64,000 nucleotides of DNA from a virus (Duplodnaviria > Caudoviricetes), in the IMG/VR virus record IMGVR_UViG_3300047375_000738, one strand, 5' to 3'. Numbering within the stretch: the first letter of the stretch is position 1; each line of letters begins with the position of its first letter. The translations under genes and the position numbers were made by a program. Shown one piece after another: positions 18,328-28,296 of this stretch. Below the pieces are notes generated by a model. It made no database searches. It was not told where the DNA came from and was given only the letters and a program-made list of their open reading frames with translations.

Positions 18328-19488
18328 TTATTTACCAATTGTCGATCCTTCATAGACCGGATTGTGTGTTTGTGTGCAACGAATAAATGTTGTACACTTT
18401 GCTAGTTGTTTTAGTTTCATTGCACCTGCATAGGTACATGTACTACGCACACCTCCGAGGATCTCTTGTACCGTTCTGGCTACTTCTCCTCTATAAGGCA
18501 CTAACACTGTGCGTCCTTCTGATGAACGATAGTTTTTCAATCCACCAAAATGCTTGTCGTTTGCACTTTCGCTACTCATACCGTAGAATTGCACAAAATG
18601 TTTTTCTTCATAAACAGATTCAAAGAATCCGTCATCTGTTTTAGTTACTTCATTGGTTTCGTAAGTCTTAGTGATTATCTCACCACCGCCTTCATTGTGC
18701 CCAGCAAGCATGCCACCAAGCATAACAAAATCTGCGCCGGCAGCAAAGGCCTTAGCGACATCTCCAGGGCAAGTACACCCACCGTCAGCAATAATGTGAC
18801 CACCAAGTCCGTGTGCTGCATCAGCGCACTCGATGACTGCAGATAGTTGCGGATATCCCACACCAGTTTGAATCCTAGTAGTGCAAACAGACCCGGGACC
18901 AATGCCCACTTTAACAATATCAGCTCCTGCAAGGATAAGTTCCTCCGTCATTTCTCTAGTTACTACGTTACCAGCAATGATTACCAAGTCTGGAAACTCT
19001 GTACGTACTTTGCGAACGTGTGCTGCAAAATGATCGCTGTAACCATTAGCAATATCTATACATACATATTTAAGTTTATGTTCAACTTCTTTCTTTACTT
19101 GCAATAGTTTGTTGTAATCACTATCACCTGTGCCAATACTCATGGCTACATTTTCGGTGCGTTCTATAGAATCGCCATCTAAGTCTGCACCATTGAAGTA
19201 CTCAATTAAATATTCTGCACTGTATGTCTTAACCAAACAAGTAAACATTTCGCCTTCAGCAAGTTTGTCCGCCATGCGCATTGTACCAACACCGTCCATA
19301 TTACTTGCCATTATTGGAATACCTTCGTAGTGATATTCATCAGGTAATGGTGTTGCAATGTCGTGATCGTAATGCCTAAATTGGAACTTACGATTAAGTT
19401 TAACTTGACTACGACTTTTAAGTGTACTACGCTTAGGACGGATCAACACATCCTTGTAGTCTAATTTAATATCTTCTTCAATTCTCAT
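18328..19488 (-). CDS. guaC: GMP reductase
   Basis: [48 protein letters not shown]. Confidence 0.93.
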   Translation of the reverse strand: MRIEEDIKLDYKDVLIRPKRSTLKSRSQVKLNRKFQFRHYDHDIATPLPDEYHYEGIPIMASNMDGVGTMRMADKLAEGEMFTCLVKTYSAEYLIEYFNGADLDGDSIERTENVAMSIGTGDSDYNKLLQVKKEVEHKLKYVCIDIANGYSDHFAAHVRKVRTEFPDLVIIAGNVVTREMTEELILAGADIVKVGIGPGSVCTTRIQTGVGYPQLSAVIECADAAHGLGGHIIADGGCTCPGDVAKAFAAGADFVMLGGMLAGHNEGGGEIITKTYETNEVTKTDDGFFESVYEEKHFVQFYGMSSESANDKHFGGLKNYRSSEGRTVLVPYRGEVARTVQEILGGVRSTCTYAGAMKLKQLAKCTTFIRCTQTHNPVYEGSTIGK

Positions 19489-20161
19489 TTATTCTCCTAT
19501 ACAGTTCATCAGCCCACAGGCTGTAACCGTTAGCGTTTGGATGACCATCCTTACTAAAGTACTTTAAGTTTACACGATCTTTTGCTGTTTGTCTACCATA
19601 TTTTTTATGTACATAACTTAAAGATTCATCTACTTCTCCGCACCGATTTCTGTCACCATCTAAAAAACTGCGCATAGTTGTGTTAGTAATTATTTTATCT
19701 TTGTTTAACAACGAATAAACAGTTTCACTGTTGTCAAAATTATATGTGCCGTCAATACGTTTAAGATCATCAAAGCTAACAAATGCCAAACAGTCTATGT
19801 TGTTATTCATACAATAGGTTTGCCAACTATGTAGCATTACCATTGATTGATACTGAACTGCTTCGTCACTATAATACTTTAGCATAAAGTTTGAATCAAA
19901 CTTGTCATTGCTTATAGTTTGAAACTTACTATTGATTAGTCGACTAAAGGCTGTTAGGCCCCATACTGCTATGCTGTCTTTATGAATTGGCTGTTTTAAA
20001 AAACTAAGATACTGTAACCAATTACTATCACCTTGTCCGCCAAGGTTAGTATATTCGCATCCTAGTTTATCTGCTAATCTGCCTACCCATCCGCCTAAAC
20101 GAAATTCATCGTCAGTGCCTTCAGTCCAACTACATCCTAATGCATAAAGGTGTGTTACCAC
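19478..20161 (-). CDS. SGNH/GDSL-like hydrolase
   Basis: LGCSWT block I, N.G..G.SN, terminal DGHPN. Confidence 0.55.
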   Translation of the reverse strand: MVTHLYALGCSWTEGTDDEFRLGGWVGRLADKLGCEYTNLGGQGDSNWLQYLSFLKQPIHKDSIAVWGLTAFSRLINSKFQTISNDKFDSNFMLKYYSDEAVQYQSMVMLHSWQTYCMNNNIDCLAFVSFDDLKRIDGTYNFDNSETVYSLLNKDKIITNTTMRSFLDGDRNRCGEVDESLSYVHKKYGRQTAKDRVNLKYFSKDGHPNANGYSLWADELYRRINEN

Positions 20162-20394
20162 TGATCCTGAGCTTTTGCACGTAGTCTCTTATAACGTCGA
20201 ATAGCGGCTTCTTTTTCCTTGCGGCGCTTTGTACCTCTTGATTCATAGTACTCACGTTTACGCAATTCTTGTAGTAGTCCGTCATCAGATACTTTCTTTT
20301 TAAATTTGCGTAATGCCTTTGTAAAGTCGCCGTTGTGTACTACAACATGCAATCCTCTAAGTTCTTCGTCACGTTTCTTTTTGTTAAATTTCAT
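20155..20394 (-). CDS. rpsU: ribosomal protein bS21
   Basis: ALRKFKKKV...GLL.ELRKREYYE....KRR. Confidence 0.9.
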   Translation of the reverse strand: MKFNKKKRDEELRGLHVVVHNGDFTKALRKFKKKVSDDGLLQELRKREYYESRGTKRRKEKEAAIRRYKRLRAKAQDQW

Positions 20395-20776
20395 CTAATC
20401 CTCGTTTGATGTAGTGTTCTAAATATTGCAAGTCGTATATACGATTCGCACTAAGTTTATTATACGGGGTGATCCCGTCATTTGTCAAGTAAAAAGTGTT
20501 AGGTTGCGAAATAATCCAACCTGCTATATTTTTTGTTACAGGTGTACAAAAATCAAGATCGATAATTATCATGTTAACTTTTTTAACATGGTCGATCATC
20601 CAATCTATTTCTAAATCATCTTGGTGATCATACAAATAGATATTCACAGGAGCGCTGGTATGCGATAATAAATCGCTTACTGCATCTCTAATTTCTTGTT
20701 GTGGATATACTAACATAATGCTATAAACATCGTTATTAATACTATCGGGGGGAGTTATTAAAGTAATATCACTCAT
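20384..20776 (-). CDS. hypothetical protein
   Basis: start MSDITLITPPD overlapping upstream stop. Confidence 0.7.
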   Translation of the reverse strand: MSDITLITPPDSINNDVYSIMLVYPQQEIRDAVSDLLSHTSAPVNIYLYDHQDDLEIDWMIDHVKKVNMIIIDLDFCTPVTKNIAGWIISQPNTFYLTNDGITPYNKLSANRIYDLQYLEHYIKRGLDEI

Positions 20777-22895
20777 TGCGTTTTTGTAGTTTACTCCAAA
20801 GGCTTGATTCGTCTTGTTCATTGTTTTGAACATAAGGCTCCTGATGCCATGGCAAATCTTCATCCTTACCTTTTATATATCTGTCTTTATAGTACTTGAT
20901 ATTCTGTTCTGGATGGTCTGTTTTCCATGCTTTCTTTGCTGCCTTGTAGTCTTCATCGCCCTCGAGTGTTTCTACAAAATTACTACGTTTTAATTGTTCT
21001 CTATCCAGCCCTTCGGCAGGCATTCCTCTTTGTTGTCCGGCTCCAGCTGTGTTACGCAACTCGGTAGTGGAGTTGGATTCTTCTCCGGTGTCTTCTGTGT
21101 TTCTATTGATAAAGGTTTCTCCATCTCCGGTTTTATCTGAACTAGTGTGGTGTGCATATTTAACATGCTTATTATCATCGACTGAATTGTCATTTTTATT
21201 CTCCTTGCTAGTGCGGCGCATTTCAAATGTTGCCTGACTAGCTATCAGCAATAAGACTGCAAGTGGATCAAATACAAATATGATTGTAATAATAACCCAA
21301 CGAACAGCTTCTTCTAATATATCTTGATCAGTTTCTCCGTATATAAATTCTGCAAGATATTTTATCGGTCCTACTTCTGCTTCTAATTTTCTGTATTCTG
21401 CTTGTAGAGTATACTTGTCTTCAGTTAAACTGTCAATAGTATTATTTGCTTCTACAATCTTGTTTTCCTGTGTATCTATAACAGCTTCGATATCTGCATC
21501 TTTTCCTATAGTGATAGTATCACGTAATCTTTGGATAAGAGTATTACTTGCGGCAATTTGTGCGTCTGCACTTGCTCTAAGGTCTTTAATTGCTTGTCTT
21601 GCTGTGTTGATACGAGGATCATCTGCTTGTCTTAAGGCAGTAATTGCGTCTTGTGCAGTTTGCCTTGCTTTTCTGTTTGCAGGAATGTCTATGTCTAAGA
21701 CTGTGTCTATCTTTGTCTGTATATTTGCTCGCATTAATTTTGCTTCGTCAACAGCGCCACTTCGGATACTGTCAACTGCATTTAACAAAGATTGTTTACG
21801 TTGTAAAACATTGTCGGTCTGTGTGCCACGCAGATCTTTTACTAGATCTGTTAGTCGTGTTCTTTCGGCATCTAAGGTGCCTTGTGCCTGTGTTCTTAAT
21901 TGTACTGCTTGTGTTTGTAATGTGCTTATACGTGATTGCTGTGCGTCTACCCATTTGGCAAGAGCAGTTCTTGTGTTGCTACCAAACAAACCGTCACTGG
22001 TAACACCTATAACAGCCTGTCCTTCTTGTATCTTAGCACGTTCAGTACTTTGTAATTTATTAGTTGTAACTACAATTGCATTTTCTATGTCTGCAATTTG
22101 TTGTTGCAATGCTTCAATCGCACTGTTGTCAATGCTTACTTCGCTTATGCGTTGTTCATATTCATTTGCTTGTGTGTTGATGCGTTCTAAGTCTGCATCT
22201 AGTTGTGCAATCTGATCACTGTATGGTTGTACTTGCGCTTCAATACTTGCTACACTTGTACCAGCAAGTTCGGTTCTGTAGCTTTCTACTACACTATTTA
22301 AACGCTGTAAATCAGCATCCAAACTAACTAGCTCTTCTTCATACACATTCACTTGATCTTCAAGTGCTTGTAATTGTGTTTGAATTATTGTATTCTGTTC
22401 ATCAATAGCAGGCTGTATACGTTCGTAGGCTGTATCAATTCTGCCTTGCTCTTTATCAATTTGATCTTGTACTGCATTATTACCAGCGCCTACACTTGCT
22501 TCTGCTTCTACAATACGTTCTCTTGCACGAACAATAACTGCATCTTGTCGAACAAGCTCTTGTTCAATGCGTTCAATTTGTGCAATGCCTTCGTTGGCTG
22601 CACTAGTTTGTTCAATATGTGCTTTACTTAGAAAGCCAAAAATACCCATGCTTGTAATAAACATCAATACAACCACAGCAATAGCTAGATAGTATTTTAG
22701 CCACCAACGTGCTTTGTGCCAATACTTGTGCAACCACACTGCTGTAACTAACTTGCCTATTTCTAAAGCACCGCCCATAATAACAATGGGTAGGGCAGCG
22801 GCGGCAAAAATTGCCACTAGTCCGCTGACCGAATAATATATTGCAACGGCACTAATACATAGTGCAGTTATTAAAACTAGTAAACCTAAAATCAT
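20769..22895 (-). CDS. membrane-anchored long coiled-coil protein with peptidoglycan-binding-like motif
   Basis: 3 N-terminal TM, about 430 aa coiled coil, Q..IG...DG.FG.NT..A, C-terminal TM (IIFVFDPLAV). Confidence 0.7.
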   Translation of the reverse strand: MILGLLVLITALCISAVAIYYSVSGLVAIFAAAALPIVIMGGALEIGKLVTAVWLHKYWHKARWWLKYYLAIAVVVLMFITSMGIFGFLSKAHIEQTSAANEGIAQIERIEQELVRQDAVIVRARERIVEAEASVGAGNNAVQDQIDKEQGRIDTAYERIQPAIDEQNTIIQTQLQALEDQVNVYEEELVSLDADLQRLNSVVESYRTELAGTSVASIEAQVQPYSDQIAQLDADLERINTQANEYEQRISEVSIDNSAIEALQQQIADIENAIVVTTNKLQSTERAKIQEGQAVIGVTSDGLFGSNTRTALAKWVDAQQSRISTLQTQAVQLRTQAQGTLDAERTRLTDLVKDLRGTQTDNVLQRKQSLLNAVDSIRSGAVDEAKLMRANIQTKIDTVLDIDIPANRKARQTAQDAITALRQADDPRINTARQAIKDLRASADAQIAASNTLIQRLRDTITIGKDADIEAVIDTQENKIVEANNTIDSLTEDKYTLQAEYRKLEAEVGPIKYLAEFIYGETDQDILEEAVRWVIITIIFVFDPLAVLLLIASQATFEMRRTSKENKNDNSVDDNKHVKYAHHTSSDKTGDGETFINRNTEDTGEESNSTTELRNTAGAGQQRGMPAEGLDREQLKRSNFVETLEGDEDYKAAKKAWKTDHPEQNIKYYKDRYIKGKDEDLPWHQEPYVQNNEQDESSLWSKLQKRNE

Positions 22896-22910
22896 CGTGT
22901 AGTATTTAGC

Positions 22911-23402
22911 CTATTCCCACCTATAGAATATATGCGCACCTATTCTTCCGACTAGTTGTAGTGTCTTAGCCCAACGTGGATTAACATATGTAGCGTGATA
23001 ATGCGTAGAGCCTTCCGTAATGCCGCGATATTTGTTTTCTTCAACCATATTCCAAGCAATACTTTGTGCTTCTACCCAACGATCTTCGTCTTGTGGCCTG
23101 TCATGTTTTCCGTCACAGTACCAACTGAATTGACACTTGTTACGTAGCATATTTCCGTTAGCATCTTGTAATCCTTGCTTGACTACACCACAAACTGTAT
23201 CTGGATAACGTGTATCATTTACACGATTCAGCACTACGTCTGCTACTGCTGCCTTGTCTGCTAGGTTGCTTCCTCTTGCTTCATAGTATACATTCAGTGC
23301 CATACACTGCACTTGTGGAAATAGTTTTTCCAATTCAAAGTTTTGAGCCGATGCTGGACCGGTCACGAAAAGTAGCATTACTGCTGTAATAAAATGTTTC
23401 AT
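22911..23402 (-). CDS. cell wall hydrolase SleB (Hydrolase_2)
   Basis: CMALNVYYEARG, V..VVLNRV...YP.TVCGVV.Q, CQFSWYCDG, YHA.YV.P.W, IG.H.FY. Confidence 0.9.
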   Translation of the reverse strand: MKHFITAVMLLFVTGPASAQNFELEKLFPQVQCMALNVYYEARGSNLADKAAVADVVLNRVNDTRYPDTVCGVVKQGLQDANGNMLRNKCQFSWYCDGKHDRPQDEDRWVEAQSIAWNMVEENKYRGITEGSTHYHATYVNPRWAKTLQLVGRIGAHIFYRWE

Positions 23403-23426
23403 ATTTCTACCTCAATGATTGTTTTG

Positions 23427-23780
23427 TTATCTACGCATACTTGAGATGTCTTTTGCATCTTCTTTTCTGTCTGCGAATACTGGTACCATATTACTCTTAT
23501 GCATTGTTGCAATACCAAGCAACTGACGTTCGCCTGAATATACCATAGACTCCTTTGCTGGACCATGTCCTGCAATCTTGTTGCCTAGTGGTACTGTGTC
23601 ACGTGTTTTGTAATCTGGTATTTCGTTGGTGTGTTGTGCTGTACTTTTGCCTACACCCATCTTTACAAGCCACTGCTCGTGTTCAGCTTGTGCTTTTTGT
23701 AGCTTCTTACTCTTGCTTTGTTTCTGTTTACGATTGTAACGAGTGGTGGTCATATAAGGACCAACTAGTGACATTGTCAT
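23427..23780 (-). CDS. conserved phage hypothetical protein
   Basis: Y.G..L.GIATMHKSNMVPVF. Confidence 0.7.
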   Translation of the reverse strand: MTMSLVGPYMTTTRYNRKQKQSKSKKLQKAQAEHEQWLVKMGVGKSTAQHTNEIPDYKTRDTVPLGNKIAGHGPAKESMVYSGERQLLGIATMHKSNMVPVFADRKEDAKDISSMRR

Positions 23781-23813
23781 AAAAAAACTCCTGCTAATGT
23801 TTCTACTCTAAGT

Positions 23814-23842
23814 AATATAGCAGGAGTTTAGTTGAATGTCAA
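23814..23842 (-). promoter_or_regulatory. sigma70-type promoter inside an inverted repeat
   Basis: TTGACA-17-TATATT; 12-bp IR at 23785-23796/23818-23829. Confidence 0.65.
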
Positions 23843-23845
23843 CCT

Positions 23846-24325
23846 TTATTTTGCCATTTTAGCAACTGCGGCATCATAGTCTTCACGACTTACTACACCT
23901 TCGGTTAGTAGACGTTCACGGTTTGCCATATGTGCAGCCTGTGTGTCGTCTTTTGATCCGCCAAAGTAAGGAACACAATGTCCTTCTATTTCCATAATCT
24001 CTGTAACTTTTTTCATTTCGCCGTTGTATTCTACTTTGAAATCTCCTAAGATACGTCCAAACTTGCCTTTCATATCTTCGCCTTTGCGGTCTTCCGTAGT
24101 GATAAGTTTACCGCCGTGCTTCATAAGTTCTTTCAAACGTGCTTTAGCCGCTTCGCCGAACAAGTCTTCTACTTTGTCTCTTGTGCGTGACTCAGGCGTA
24201 TCAATGCCCATAATTCTTACACGCTCGTCTGTTAGTGTTACACCAAAACCTAGATCAATGTCTACGTCTACTGTGTCGCCGTCTACTACTTTAATGACTT
24301 TTACGTCATACTCATTATGTTGCAT
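23846..24325 (-). CDS. thermonuclease (SNase family)
   Basis: KVVDGDTVD, R.RI.GIDTPESR, KFGRILG. Confidence 0.88.
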   Translation of the reverse strand: MQHNEYDVKVIKVVDGDTVDVDIDLGFGVTLTDERVRIMGIDTPESRTRDKVEDLFGEAAKARLKELMKHGGKLITTEDRKGEDMKGKFGRILGDFKVEYNGEMKKVTEIMEIEGHCVPYFGGSKDDTQAAHMANRERLLTEGVVSREDYDAAVAKMAK

Positions 24326-24337
24326 TGTGTTTCCCTC

Positions 24338-24604
24338 TTAACTTAGTTTCTTTTTAATCCACATGTAGATTGCATACACTACTAATAAGTATGCTGTGGC
24401 TACTGTAACGTCTACAATATGTTCTCGCATGTGATAGATAAATTCTATACCTGCTTGTACATCGCCCTGACTTCCTGAGTTTTCAGTAATGTTTATTGTC
24501 TTACCTTCAAATCCATCAAATGCCCCATCTTCAATAATAATATCACATTCGATACAGTCTTCTTCGCTAGTAGGAAATTCTACTGTTTGATTTATGTCTG
24601 CCAT
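24338..24604 (-). CDS. hypothetical membrane protein
   Basis: C-terminal TM helix. Confidence 0.6.
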   Translation of the reverse strand: MADINQTVEFPTSEEDCIECDIIIEDGAFDGFEGKTINITENSGSQGDVQAGIEFIYHMREHIVDVTVATAYLLVVYAIYMWIKKKLS

Positions 24605-24641
24605 TGCCCTGCCCTGTTATGTACTATGTTTATTTAGTCAT

Positions 24642-24669
24642 AAAAAAAGGCCGCATAAAGCGACCTTTT
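24642..24669 (-). terminator. intrinsic terminator after porin
   Basis: AAAAGG.CGC..GCG.CCTTTT hairpin with T tract. Confidence 0.6.
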
Positions 24670-24687
24670 AGTTGTTATGTGTTTAAC

Positions 24688-25494
24688 TTAGAAGTTGAAC
24701 GATAAACCTGCTGATGGTGTAAAGTCTTCTGCATCTGTGTCATAGTCAACACCAGCAGTAAATTCTGCACCTGCATAGTCCATTGTGTACTCACCACCAA
24801 TGTGCTGTAGTGTGTTTGCATCTGTACCGTTTACGTATGCTGTTAGTGAGTTTACTGCAAATGTGCCTTCATATGCAAATACTTCTGCATCTGTGTCATA
24901 TGTTAATGCACTACCTGCTGTTGCTACACCTAAGTCTACGCCAGATACTGCACCACCGAACACTGTGTTTTCACTGTCCATGTTGTAGTCCATTGCACCT
25001 GTAATAGCAAAACGATCCATATCAATTGTGTATGAACCTTGAATGTTGCTTACATCAGTTACATCTGTTGTCCAGTCTGTTAAGCCTAGTGCTACACTTG
25101 CACCAGCTACTGATACTGCTAATGATTCTGTCATTGCTGGTGTTGCCAATGTTCCGTCAGCTGCTGCATTTGCATCTGTTTCTGGCATTAAGTTGTTGTC
25201 GTCACCAAACGCTAAGCCTACGCCTGCTACTGTAGTTCCTACAGTCCATGTGTCTAGTGTTAGAGCACTACCGTCTGTTGCACTAAAGTCTAGATCTACT
25301 GTTGCCAATGAACCTGCATCGATGTCTAGTTCGATACCCATTGTGCCACCGTAGTTGTCACCAGCTGTTTCAGCAAAGTCTAAGTTTACTGCACCTGAGA
25401 TAACTGGGCCTGTTGGAGCCGCTGTTGTTGTGTCTTCCGCTGAAGCCGCACTTGCAAATGCCGCTACTGCTAAAATGGTAAATACGTTACGCAT
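24688..25494 (-). CDS. outer-membrane porin-like beta-barrel
   Basis: signal peptide, alternating beta strands, terminal AGLSFNF. Confidence 0.75.
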   Translation of the reverse strand: MRNVFTILAVAAFASAASAEDTTTAAPTGPVISGAVNLDFAETAGDNYGGTMGIELDIDAGSLATVDLDFSATDGSALTLDTWTVGTTVAGVGLAFGDDNNLMPETDANAAADGTLATPAMTESLAVSVAGASVALGLTDWTTDVTDVSNIQGSYTIDMDRFAITGAMDYNMDSENTVFGGAVSGVDLGVATAGSALTYDTDAEVFAYEGTFAVNSLTAYVNGTDANTLQHIGGEYTMDYAGAEFTAGVDYDTDAEDFTPSAGLSFNF

Positions 25495-25642
25495 AATAAT
25501 TTCCTTCTTGTTTTGTTATGTGTTCATAAAGTAAAGGGCAAGTTCGACGCTTGCCCTTTCACTGTTTTATTTATAACATACTTTAGTAAAAGTGCAACCG
25601 TTTAGGTGAATCTTTACTGAAAGTGTGTTCTCTTTGCAACAG

Positions 25643-25864
25643 TTATCCGCCGCCTTGAAATGTACCGTCATTGGCTCTATACCAATTCTTTTGGTTGTGT
25701 ATTCTACCCAACAGTTCTTGTATCTCTGTCATTTCATCATGCAGTTGTGTTGATACATCACCTTGTGCAATAGCCATACCTCTACGACCTGCTTTTGCTC
25801 TTAGTGCTGATTCAATAACTTCAATGTCACGAATCGATAATTCAAACTGTTTGTTAGGTTTCAT
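25643..25864 (-). CDS. hypothetical protein
   Basis: ORF with AGGAG SD. Confidence 0.65.
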   Translation of the reverse strand: MKPNKQFELSIRDIEVIESALRAKAGRRGMAIAQGDVSTQLHDEMTEIQELLGRIHNQKNWYRANDGTFQGGG

Positions 25865-25865
25865 A

Positions 25866-26075
25866 TCACCAAACTCCTAATGTTCTTCCGTTGCCTGCTA
25901 TAATAGCACAACATGTTAGTATATGCAAGACAATCCAAAACGTTCTAAACGCTAGTGCTCGTCTTACATCTTTTTGTCGAATGGGCAAGAACTCTGGTTT
26001 GTCATCGTCACTAAGTCCGATTGGCATTCCAACTGTCCTTGCCCACATTTTTAAAAAGCGTCTTTGTCCGCTCAA
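25866..26075 (-). CDS. small membrane protein
   Basis: TTGA overlap with DoxX stop; WARTVGMPIG, C-terminal TM. Confidence 0.6.
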   Translation of the reverse strand: MSGQRRFLKMWARTVGMPIGLSDDDKPEFLPIRQKDVRRALAFRTFWIVLHILTCCAIIAGNGRTLGVW

Positions 26076-26479
26076 GTTCTGTTTCCTCGCAGAGCAAAGT
26101 ACATGCCACCTACCCAAAGTAGTACATGCAGATTGTCATACCATAAGACGTCCCAGAAACTTTCGGGTTCGCCTGTCCATATAACACCTGTCATAATACT
26201 GGCAATAGTAATACCACTGAAACGTGTAATAACATCGCCAAACTCTTTTGTGCGTTTGATATAGTCTGCCATGCCGCCGACCAACAATCCTGCGGCAGCA
26301 CCAAGCTCTCCAAGTACAACAAACGTCCAAACTAATAGTGTAAGTTCTACTGGTGAGTCTTCAATGTTGATTGGCCACTTGTTCATTCCTTGCTGAAAGA
26401 ATACAACAATAAGCGGAATACGAAGCAGCCAATGAGTCATACAAAACTCTGGTATTCTGTGTACTAAAGTTTTAATCAT
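26072..26479 (-). CDS. DoxX-family membrane protein
   Basis: LLRIPL..VF..QG..K, E..A..GLLVG, LL..G..Y. Confidence 0.7.
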   Translation of the reverse strand: MIKTLVHRIPEFCMTHWLLRIPLIVVFFQQGMNKWPINIEDSPVELTLLVWTFVVLGELGAAAGLLVGGMADYIKRTKEFGDVITRFSGITIASIMTGVIWTGEPESFWDVLWYDNLHVLLWVGGMYFALRGNRT

Positions 26480-26898
26480 TACAGATCAGCCAGCAACTCC
26501 TTGAATTTCTTTTTTGACTTGCCTTTTACTTTTGTTTTGGAAATATCATTATCTCCGTCACCTACAACTACAATAGCAATCATACCCATTGTTTTGTGTG
26601 GAGTACACTGATACAAATACACACCTGGTGTGTCAAATGTAATCGCAACTTCTTTTGATAGTTTTGATTTACGTGGTGCGTCCCATCCGTCCGGACCTGC
26701 AATAAATTCTACATTGTGTCCTTTTGATGTTGGTACCCATGTGATTGTATCGCCTACTTCAATACGTGCGATATCTTCACTATATACCATCTTAGCGCCA
26801 TCTTCACGCTTGTTTAGCATATCGATCGTCATATCCTCTGCGAGTGCCGGAGTGGCAAGGGCGAGGATAATACTTACTGAACTTAATAATTTTCTCAT
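26479..26898 (-). CDS. pseudoazurin-type blue copper protein
   Basis: signal peptide; GHN and C-x2-H-x4-M (YQCTPHKTMGM) type-1 Cu ligands. Confidence 0.9.
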   Translation of the reverse strand: MRKLLSSVSIILALATPALAEDMTIDMLNKREDGAKMVYSEDIARIEVGDTITWVPTSKGHNVEFIAGPDGWDAPRKSKLSKEVAITFDTPGVYLYQCTPHKTMGMIAIVVVGDGDNDISKTKVKGKSKKKFKELLADL

Positions 26899-27107
26899 TT
26901 CTTATCCTTTACATTGAGATTGGACGGATTGTATTGTTCGCCATTATAGCCAGGGTAGGTGTCGTCCTCTACCCCAAAGTTACATGATGCCACAATAAAC
27001 AAAAATGCTATTGATGCATATGTAGTTCGCTTGCTCCATGTTATGAAGCCTTCGAATGTCTTTTCTGCTTCTATTTGAGCGGCTGCTCTTACTTCATTGT
27101 CTGTCAT
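26895..27107 (-). CDS. aa3-type cytochrome c oxidase subunit IV-like
   Basis: EKTFEGFI.W followed by one TM helix. Confidence 0.55.
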   Translation of the reverse strand: MTDNEVRAAAQIEAEKTFEGFITWSKRTTYASIAFLFIVASCNFGVEDDTYPGYNGEQYNPSNLNVKDKK

Positions 27108-27262
27108 TCTAAACCTATACACGGAATAAGAATAGATTGCTTACAATTTTCTGGGTAAGCAATAGCTGAGCCAAGTATAGGTAGACCAACCATACCAATA
27201 ATGATAATCAAGAATGCCCAACCTAGGCCTTTTGTAGTGCAATATTGTGTTTGCTCACTCAT
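27104..27262 (-). CDS. small membrane protein (52 aa, not in ORF track)
   Basis: own translation MSEQTQYCTTKGLGWAFLIIIIGMVGLPILG...; overlaps neighbours. Confidence 0.6.
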   Translation of the reverse strand: MSEQTQYCTTKGLGWAFLIIIIGMVGLPILGSAIAYPENCKQSILIPCIGLE

Positions 27263-27614
27263 GCTCGCCACCATTTGCTCGGCCGTTGTACTTACGTCCT
27301 GATTTCAAAATGTTGTTAAGTGACTCTGGATTATTTTCTGCTTGACGGAATGTTACAACTGTAATTGTAATACCACTAATCAAAAGCAAGTGAAAGGCTG
27401 CGCTTAGGCCAAAAGCCACGTAACTTCCTACCATTAGGGCAAAGATGCCACTCCAGATAAAAAACAGACACTGGAAGATCATGTGTCCTACCATAGGGTC
27501 TAAATTACGTAGTGGTGACTTTTCTACTGTCATTACACTGTCCCACATTTCACGTGGAATGTTTGCAATTTCAGTTAGTGTGGTTGCCCAACCAATGGGT
27601 TTTGGATTCTTCAT
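27255..27614 (-). CDS. membrane protein
   Basis: 2 TM helices; SPLRNLDP motif; AGGAG SD. Confidence 0.7.
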   Translation of the reverse strand: MKNPKPIGWATTLTEIANIPREMWDSVMTVEKSPLRNLDPMVGHMIFQCLFFIWSGIFALMVGSYVAFGLSAAFHLLLISGITITVVTFRQAENNPESLNNILKSGRKYNGRANGGEHE

Positions 27615-27690
27615 AGTTTTCTCCTGTGTGTCTTTTGGTGTGTACTATATATAGCATAAAAAAATACAGAAGTCAACCGTGCAAGGTGTG

Positions 27691-28296
27691 TTAAATTGTA
27701 GCAGGCATAGTAAATAATGCATGTACACCATCATCGGTTGGCCTACGTGCAAATACGCACCACTTGATTACATCTTGATTAGGATAATGTTCGTCACAAT
27801 ACTCTCGAAAACTTGTTCCTGTTGTGTACACATCATCTGCAATTAATACAGGATCTGTTGGATCTCCGCTTGCATATTTGTTTAGTGCTTCGCCTAGTGC
27901 CATACCGCCTCTTGGGATACCTTCGGCTTTGTAGAAAGGACGTTTTTGGTAATCCATTATCATACGTGCAAGTCCTTCCCACCACTCTGGGCGTATAGCA
28001 TCGCACTCAATCTTCCATGCTAGTTTTAGTCCTGCATGACTTGTAAAGTCGCCAACTTCAAATAAATCTGCGCCTGTTCTAAATACCATTAGTTCTCTTT
28101 CCAATTCTTCAATATAATCTGCTGCTTGCCAAGCAAAATGTTCTGTGCATCTTGTCTTCCATTCTTCGCCTGCTTGATTTTTTAATCTTACAACCCATTC
28201 ACTTTTTTGTTGTCTTGGTATAATATCTGTATATACCTTATCAACTACATCGTGTTCGTTTTCTTCTAATTCGAATCCGTGTGTATTATGCGTCAT
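27691..28296 (-). CDS. phosphoribosyltransferase (OPRT-like) with N-terminal extra domain
   Basis: F.SHAG..L.WKIECD, GIPRGG, PRPP motif LIADDVYTTGTS. Confidence 0.75.
   Translation of the reverse strand: MTHNTHGFELEENEHDVVDKVYTDIIPRQQKSEWVVRLKNQAGEEWKTRCTEHFAWQAADYIEELERELMVFRTGADLFEVGDFTSHAGLKLAWKIECDAIRPEWWEGLARMIMDYQKRPFYKAEGIPRGGMALGEALNKYASGDPTDPVLIADDVYTTGTSFREYCDEHYPNQDVIKWCVFARRPTDDGVHALFTMPATI

Noticed and set aside
21415-22215. 266-aa plus-strand ORF
   Set aside because: Antisense shadow of the coiled-coil gene
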